From positions 43,491-107,490 of the forward strand of contig JAQGDQ010000724.1 in assembly GCA_030141605.1 (NCBI GenBank): 64,000 nt of DNA. The letters are read 5' to 3'. The stretch comes from Tubiluchus corallicola (Eukaryota > Animalia > Priapulida). This document shows positions 57,902 through 64,000 of this stretch, piece after piece (position 1 is the first letter of the stretch; each line of letters starts with the position of its first letter). The notes below the pieces were generated by a model. That model was given only the letters and a program-made list of their open reading frames with translations, was not told the origin of the DNA and made no database searches. A program made the position numbers and the translations under genes.

Positions 57902-58228
57902 TTTAGTTTAAACATAATTTATTATAGGATTGGATCAGACAGTTTGAACAACATGATTTAGGATCCTCACCACAACAGACTCTATACACTATTTACAAAA
58001 ACATTTACAGCAAGAATATACTATACCTACACAAGCTGACAAGTTTTACTACAAGATTACATTAGACATTAGTAGAAAATGACGGTTAGAAAATATTAAT
58101 GTACGAATATTTAAGACTGATGCATCTCATATCAGATAGAAACTACTGGAAGTATTTAGTACGTAATAAAGTCATGTATGCATTGGAATATTTTACAGTT
58201 AGCAACATAGTTAAATTCATCTTTTCCA
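57902..58228 (-). mobile_element. 5'-truncated CR1-group LINE insertion
   Basis: Reverse complement of ~26126-26440; 13-bp TSD GTTCTAAAGTTAG at 57889-57901 and 58229-58241. Confidence 0.9.
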
Positions 58229-58649
58229 GTTCTAAAGTTAGGGTGTGTAAGTGCATGAAAAAGGTGCTGTGACACCTGCAAAATAATTTTTAATGCACTG
58301 ATTACGTGTTTTTATTTTGTGTCTAAAATCAAAACACGAGGAAGATACAGTTTTGAAGGCAGTGCATAATTGTTATTTCATATTTAAAATTAAAACACAA
58401 TAAAAGTTTTACACTAAGCTCTCAAATTTGGGATAATTTGATCCTTGGTTCAATCAGTGAACCTTGACAAGTGTGTTACATAAATGCATTCTCATTTAAG
58501 CAACATCAGAGGCAGGTTGGTCAAGTAAAGTAATGACTGCAGAAAATTTTTCCAAGCCATTTGATTAAAAAAATCGAAAAGATTCCACTTTGTTCGCGCA
58601 AGTGAACTGTAAAGTTAAAAACGTTGAAAAGGTGCCAATTTTGGAAAAT

Positions 58650-59372
58650 GTAGCTATGTCACTGGATGAAATATGAAAATGTCCAGGGGAGCTGTCTTCC
58701 TCCCTTATTAGCTATGTCACTGGATGAAATATGAAAATGTCCAGGGGAGCTGTCTTTTATTAGCTATGCCACTGGATAAAATATGAAAATGTCCGGGGTA
58801 GCCCTCTTGCTCCGTTATTAGCTATGCCACTGGATGAAATATGAAAATGTCCGGGTAGCCCTCTTGCTCCCTTATTAGCTATGCCACTGCATAAAATATG
58901 AAAATATCCGGGGAAGCCCTCTTGCTCCCTTATTAGCTATGCCACTGGATGAAATATGAAAAATGTCCGAGGGAGCCCTCTTGCTCCCTTATTAGCTATG
59001 CCACTGGATGAAATATGAAAATGTCTGGGGGAGCGTTCCTGCTCCCTTATTAGCTATGCCACTGCATAAAATATGAAAATGTCCGGGGAGCCCTCTTGCT
59101 CCTTTATTAGCTATGCCACTCGATGAACTATGAAAATATCCGGGGAAGCCCTCTTGCTCCCTTATTAGCTATGCCACTGGATGAAATATGAAAAATGTCC
59201 GGGGGAGCCCTTCTTGCTCCCTTATTAGCTATGCCACTGGATGAAATATGAAAAATGTCCGGGGGAGCCCTCTTGCTCCTTATTAGCTATGCCACTGGAT
59301 GAAATATGAAAAATGTCCAGGGGAGCCCTCTTGCTCCCTTATTAGCTATGCCACAGGATGAAATATGAAAAG
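58650..59372. repeat. Tandem repeat, ~58-bp unit, ~13 copies
   Basis: TATTAGCTATGCCACTGGATGAAATATGAAAATGTCCGGGGGAGCCCTCTTGCTCCCT repeated. Confidence 0.97.
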
Positions 59373-60495
59373 AAAAAATGACAGTTTGGCAAGGCCACTT
59401 CAAATACAGCTGCTTAAATTAACTTTCAGCTTTTGCACCTGAAGTAACTCCTACTTGGCATTTCCAACTGACACCTACTATATGCAATTTAAGGAACTCT
59501 TGACATAGGAACATGGAGTCTTTGGATGCAAGGAGTTTTAGACACAATCTGATTGAGGATCTGATATTTGGACATAGGAAAGTTTAGATAGGTTTACAAA
59601 TTCGGACACTAACGAGCGAGATATAACGAAAGAGATATACTAGTTTAAATATGTACTTGGTTTAAACTGTATTTATTAGTACACAGAAAATTGAAACAAT
59701 GCATACATGAACAGCTGAAATCGTACAAAGGTACTAAGTTATTGGCTAACAGGTTTATAAAAACCCTATATAAAAGTTTCCCACGTAAACACAGTCACAC
59801 TATTAAAAATCATTACAAAATACGATATAACTTTATATATTGGTTGTAGAATAGGAAGTGAAACATGCAAGGAAAAATTAGTGCGAAAATTAGTTGGGGG
59901 CGGATGATACAGGGATCTGACAGAAGAGACAATGAAGTGGACGATTGCTGATACTAGTGTGCTTTTGTAGGACTAGATTTATTACAAATTTTGCTATAGT
60001 TTAATTATCACTTTGATAGACATTGTAGCAGACTTAGCATTCTTTTTGTTAATCTTACTTATCGTGCACGAGGCGCCATCTGTGACGTGAATGTAAAGCT
60101 TTTGGTTTTGGCCAGCTTTTCTGTTTGTTACCTGCTAGTCACCTGTCTGTCATTACACACCTGTGCTCTGAACAGTCAGGTTAATCCACTTATGGGAGCT
60201 GTTGAACATTTATGTTATACTGGACATACTAATTATGTTAATAAAGCATTCAGTGGTATTAACCACTGTTTACAGTGTTTTCTGTGACTACATCATTAAC
60301 CTGACTCACTATTATGCTGACATTTGCTGTGGAAAGTTTATTTTTTACAACAGTGAACTGTGGAGGATTAGAAGCCATGCTGTAGCCTATACAGGTACAC
60401 AACTCTGAGCTTGACCTACTTTGCTGTTAACACTGATTGTAGGACAACTACTGCTACGTTGCTGTAAAACTTTAGACTGCTGTGTGGAAATAATA

Positions 60496-62454
60496 ATGTC
60501 ACAGTCTGGAAAGAAGGAACTTTCTCAGCAAGCAGATAGTATTAGTGATGAGAGTAACCCACTGAAAACTGAATCTACTGTCACGGGTACTACTGCAATT
60601 CCTGATTGGCAACAATTTCTAATGCCGTCTGAGAACATTAAAAAGTTAAAAAGAACTAGATCAGGTCAAGTGGCCTACATGACAAGACTGATTAATGTTT
60701 TGAAGTCACTACTACGACAGAATGCCGATTTTGAACTAATAAAGGAAAAGGCCGATTCATTAACAAAGGCCTATGAGGAGGTTCTAAACACTTGTGAGAC
60801 TTTGAAGCAATTAGTGACTGAACAATGTGAATTAGATGAAATATGTGAGTACATGGATGGCAAAAGCTGTGAGTACAGTGTCGTTCAAGCAAACGTGGAG
60901 GCGTATCTACAACAGAAATGGCAACCAAGCCCACATGCAGCACCCTCTCCTGGTAGTGATCATGGATCCGCCCGTTTGCATTCACTCAAGCCACCGGAAG
61001 TGCCCGCACCACCGGGTAGCGATCATGGATCCGCCCTCACACGCTCATCACAGGCAAACTCGCGACGCAGCGTGAGTTCAAGCGCTAAAATAAAGGTGGA
61101 TGCCTATAAAGCAAAACTAAAGCTTGAACAGTTGCAAGGTGAACAAATGCTAAAACAACAACAGTTGCAAAGTGAACAAGTGCTAAGACAACAACAGTTG
61201 AAAATTGTACAAGAGTGTGAAAAACTTAGAGCAGAGACTGATTTTAAGATAGCAACAGAGAGTTTGCGAATTTTGCAGGAAGAAGAAAGAGATGCAAATT
61301 CAGTTGAGTTGCATTCACACTTGTCTCACATGACACCTGCACATGGAACTGCCCACCACAGATCGCAAGGGCGTTCCCAGGATAAAGCCAGACAAACAGC
61401 AAGGAATGCAGGTGCATTCACAAGTGCAGACACACTCGTTCATGTGAACCCAACTTCTCGTGTTGTTGACGGGGCTCAAGTTGCAGAAGGACATGTAACG
61501 CACGACTGTCTTGACGATGCCCAGGTGAGGAATACACCATCTGCATCTAATGTCAATGTTATCAGGGAGATGGCAGATGCAATAAAACGAGGTTTTTCTT
61601 TACCTGCATCAGCGCTAACTGAATTTAATGGTGATCCAACTGATTATCATCGTTTTCTATGCTCATTTGAGGCCAACGTTGAATCAAAATGCAGCGACGA
61701 TGGAGAAAAATTGCACTTCTTACAACGATATACAACTGGTAAGGCTTATGAGCTGATTAAAAACTGTGTGACGCTGCAACCAAGTGAAGGCTTCTTGAAA
61801 GCAAAGAAGCTTTTGGAAGAGCGTTTTGGCTCTCCTTATGTGATAGCCCGAGCATACATTAATGGATTAATTGATGGACCAGAGTTCAAGGTCAGTGACA
61901 GGAAAGGGCTTCAAGATTATGCTGATAAACTGGTTGATTGCCGAGATGCTTTAGGGCGTCTAGGTTATCACGCGGATATTAATGCTTCTGATAATTTAAA
62001 GAAGATTGTGAGGCGGTTACCAATGCAATGGCGAAGCCAGTGGTTAAGTACGCTCACTGAAGAAGATGACTCTAATAATCAACATCATATTAAGGAAGCC
62101 ACGTTTGCAGATTTAGTGTATTTCGTTTGCAAGAAGGCCAAAGCAAGCAACCACCCAGTCTTCGGTGACATATTTGAGAGCAGCAAACAATTATCCTCTA
62201 GAGGTGTTTCTGGGAAAAGGATGGAAAGGAGCAAAAGTACAAAGGTCTTCAACACCGAATTGGCAAGGCAAAATGCTAAATGTCCAATGTGTCTTAGAGA
62301 CCACAGTTTGGAAGACTGCACTGATTTTAAGAAGAATGTTACCGATGACAGATTCCAATTTGTTTTTAAAAAGAAGCTTTGCATAAATTGCTTTAAGCCA
62401 GATCATAGATCGAAGATGCCCTCTAGGAATGAAGTGCAAAGACACGAACTGTAA
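60496..62454 (+). CDS. BEL/Pao gag (DUF1759-like domain, zinc knuckles), frameshifted near 62420
   Basis: LTEFNGDPTDYHRF...KLHFLQRYTTGKA...LEERFG; CPMCLRDHSLEDC and CINCFKPDH; continuation CP...CKDTNCK..KHHQMLH lies in another frame. Confidence 0.88.
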   Translation: MSQSGKKELSQQADSISDESNPLKTESTVTGTTAIPDWQQFLMPSENIKKLKRTRSGQVAYMTRLINVLKSLLRQNADFELIKEKADSLTKAYEEVLNTCETLKQLVTEQCELDEICEYMDGKSCEYSVVQANVEAYLQQKWQPSPHAAPSPGSDHGSARLHSLKPPEVPAPPGSDHGSALTRSSQANSRRSVSSSAKIKVDAYKAKLKLEQLQGEQMLKQQQLQSEQVLRQQQLKIVQECEKLRAETDFKIATESLRILQEEERDANSVELHSHLSHMTPAHGTAHHRSQGRSQDKARQTARNAGAFTSADTLVHVNPTSRVVDGAQVAEGHVTHDCLDDAQVRNTPSASNVNVIREMADAIKRGFSLPASALTEFNGDPTDYHRFLCSFEANVESKCSDDGEKLHFLQRYTTGKAYELIKNCVTLQPSEGFLKAKKLLEERFGSPYVIARAYINGLIDGPEFKVSDRKGLQDYADKLVDCRDALGRLGYHADINASDNLKKIVRRLPMQWRSQWLSTLTEEDDSNNQHHIKEATFADLVYFVCKKAKASNHPVFGDIFESSKQLSSRGVSGKRMERSKSTKVFNTELARQNAKCPMCLRDHSLEDCTDFKKNVTDDRFQFVFKKKLCINCFKPDHRSKMPSRNEVQRHEL

Positions 62455-64000
62455 AACACGCACAAAGCATCACCAAATGTTGCATCCATTACCGAGGTTT
62501 GGTCGTGGTGGCATAACCGAAAGACGACAACAACCAGGGCAGCAAAAGACACCTAGTGTTTCATACAATCCGCCAAACGGAGCCGGGCCAAGTAAAATCG
62601 ATGACCACTCTGGAGGTACTGGTACTGTAGTGGTCGCTGAAGTCACTGAGACTGAGAATCGTAATGTACCAGAATTGAGGAGTTGTAATTCTACACAGTT
62701 TGTCGATCCTGGCTGTTTTCTACAAGTTGTTCCTGTAACTGTTAAGTCGGAATTGAACGGTAGAACTGTTACAACATTAGCAATGCTGGACAGTTGTTCA
62801 AGCTCTTGCCTTTGTGAGCAAAAGCTTCTGCAATACCTCAATGTTGAAGGTTCCAAAGGTACAGTGTCCATAACTACTGTGTGTGGAAAAGAGCAGCGAC
62901 AAGTTGAGAAAATTGACTTGCTAGTGTCTGGAATCGACTGCGATGAGTATATCAAATTACCAAGTGTAGCAGCTATGAATTGTTTAAATTTGAGTTCCAC
63001 AAAGTGTCCAAAAAGGGTGGAGCTGAACACCTTTGAGCACTTGAAGTCCATTCCGTTCTACACAGCTGACATCAATGAGGTTACGCTAATGATAGGCACA
63101 AATGCAACGCGATGTTTTCTAGTCTATGAGACAAGATCAGGTAGTAATGATGAACCCATAGCAGTTAGAGGTCCGCTGGGCTGGTCCATATTGGTAGGAA
63201 CATCAAATAGTTTGCAGTGCACTAGCAATTACACGAAGACTGAGGATGGTGATATGTTGCTTAAACAAGTTCAAAAGTTTTGGGAAATGGATTCCTGTGG
63301 TGTTGTCAGAGAGGCAAAGGTTGGCATGTCAGTAGAAGATGCACAGGCATTAAAAGTTACTACTGATTCTGCACAGCTCATTGATGGACATTACCAGTTT
63401 AAGATTCCATTTCGTCAAGATCCACCTAAATTGCCTAACAACAGGCATGTAGCCTTAAGAAACTTCTTAATGCTGGAAAGGAAATTTGAAAAGGATAGCG
63501 ATTACATGGAACTATATAAGAAGGCCATGAGTGACAATATCCAGAAAGGCTACGCAAAGCAGGTAGATGAAGAATATTCTGGAATTCGTCAAGATGGTGA
63601 TGGTAAGAATCCCATATACTGGTATTTACCCCACCATGGAGTATTTCACCCTAGGAAGCCAAACAAGATCCGTGTTGTTTTTAATTGCTCCTGCAAGTGC
63701 AATGGCATATCTCTGAATGATGTTATAATGTCTGGACCGAATCTGACATCAAATTTATTAGATGTATTGCTACGGTTCCGAGAGCATGAAGTTGCTATTT
63801 GTGCAGACATCGAGGGCATGTTCAACCAGGTCCTCGTAGATCCTTCACAGTATGACATGCTGAGATTCTTGTGGTATGATGATGGCGCTCAGATTGGCGA
63901 CAGTCCAGTAGACTACCACATGTCTGTTCACTTGTTTGGTTGTATCTCATCACCATTTTGTGCCAATCTGGCAGTCAGAAAGACAGCTGATGACAATGCT
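62414..64000 (+). CDS. BEL/Pao pol: aspartic protease and reverse transcriptase (open to window end)
   Basis: LQVVPVTV...AMLDSCS, GPLGW, WYLPHHGVFHPRKPNKIRVVF, GPNL, ADIEGMFNQV, LRFLW, HLFGCISSPFCA. Confidence 0.92.

Larger units (their letters stand above)
57874..59372 (+). mobile_element. hAT-type MITE with nested LINE fragment and amplified right terminus
   Basis: Left TIR CAGGGGCGTAGC; body matches 17268-17489; right TIR GCTATGCCACTG; flanks CGTGAAAT / GATGAAAT. Confidence 0.75.
59842..64000 (+). mobile_element. BEL/Pao LTR retrotransposon (5' part, continues beyond window)
   Basis: Tentative 5' LTR ~59842-60352 (GGTTGTAGAA...TTTTACAACA, AATAAA at 60240); gag and pol follow. Confidence 0.92.

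Noticed and set aside
62400-62460. Programmed gag-pol ribosomal frameshift in the BEL element
   Set aside because: The shift falls inside a zinc knuckle with no slippery heptamer, and BEL/Pao elements usually have one ORF; mutation or sequencing error is more likely

Overview
AT-rich animal (invertebrate-like) genomic DNA with spliceosomal introns, TTAGGG-type repeats and dense transposon debris; no prokaryotic features or CRISPR arrays. Three host genes were reconstructed by hand, all on +. (1) A 3-coding-exon, ~321-aa secreted short-chain collagen (14065-17258) with a CPVCP interruption and no recognisable C-terminal trimerisation domain. (2) An intact mitochondrial 3-ketoacyl-CoA thiolase, ACAA2, with an intronless CDS (21441-22628). 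(3) A large mosaic extracellular gene (25679 to at least 57781; 26 exons, >1037 aa; runs off the window): signal peptide, atypical Arg-rich Kunitz domain, 21 one-exon-per-domain calcium-binding EGF repeats, then a pentraxin/LamG domain. Mobile elements include a decayed Mag-like Ty3/Gypsy with ~82-bp LTRs (175-4851), a BEL/Pao element (~59842-64000), solo LTRs with exact TSDs, hAT/Tigger/Kolobok-like MITEs and LINE 3' fragments, plus many minisatellites. Most notable: the Kunitz-EGF21-pentraxin architecture; a six-fold tandem array of one splice acceptor plus half exon in which only the last acceptor keeps the frame open; period-4 EGF structure with exon-restricted homogenisation; satellites made from transposon ends; and two telomere-like arrays sharing non-telomeric flanks. 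All calls come from reading the sequence, without database searches.
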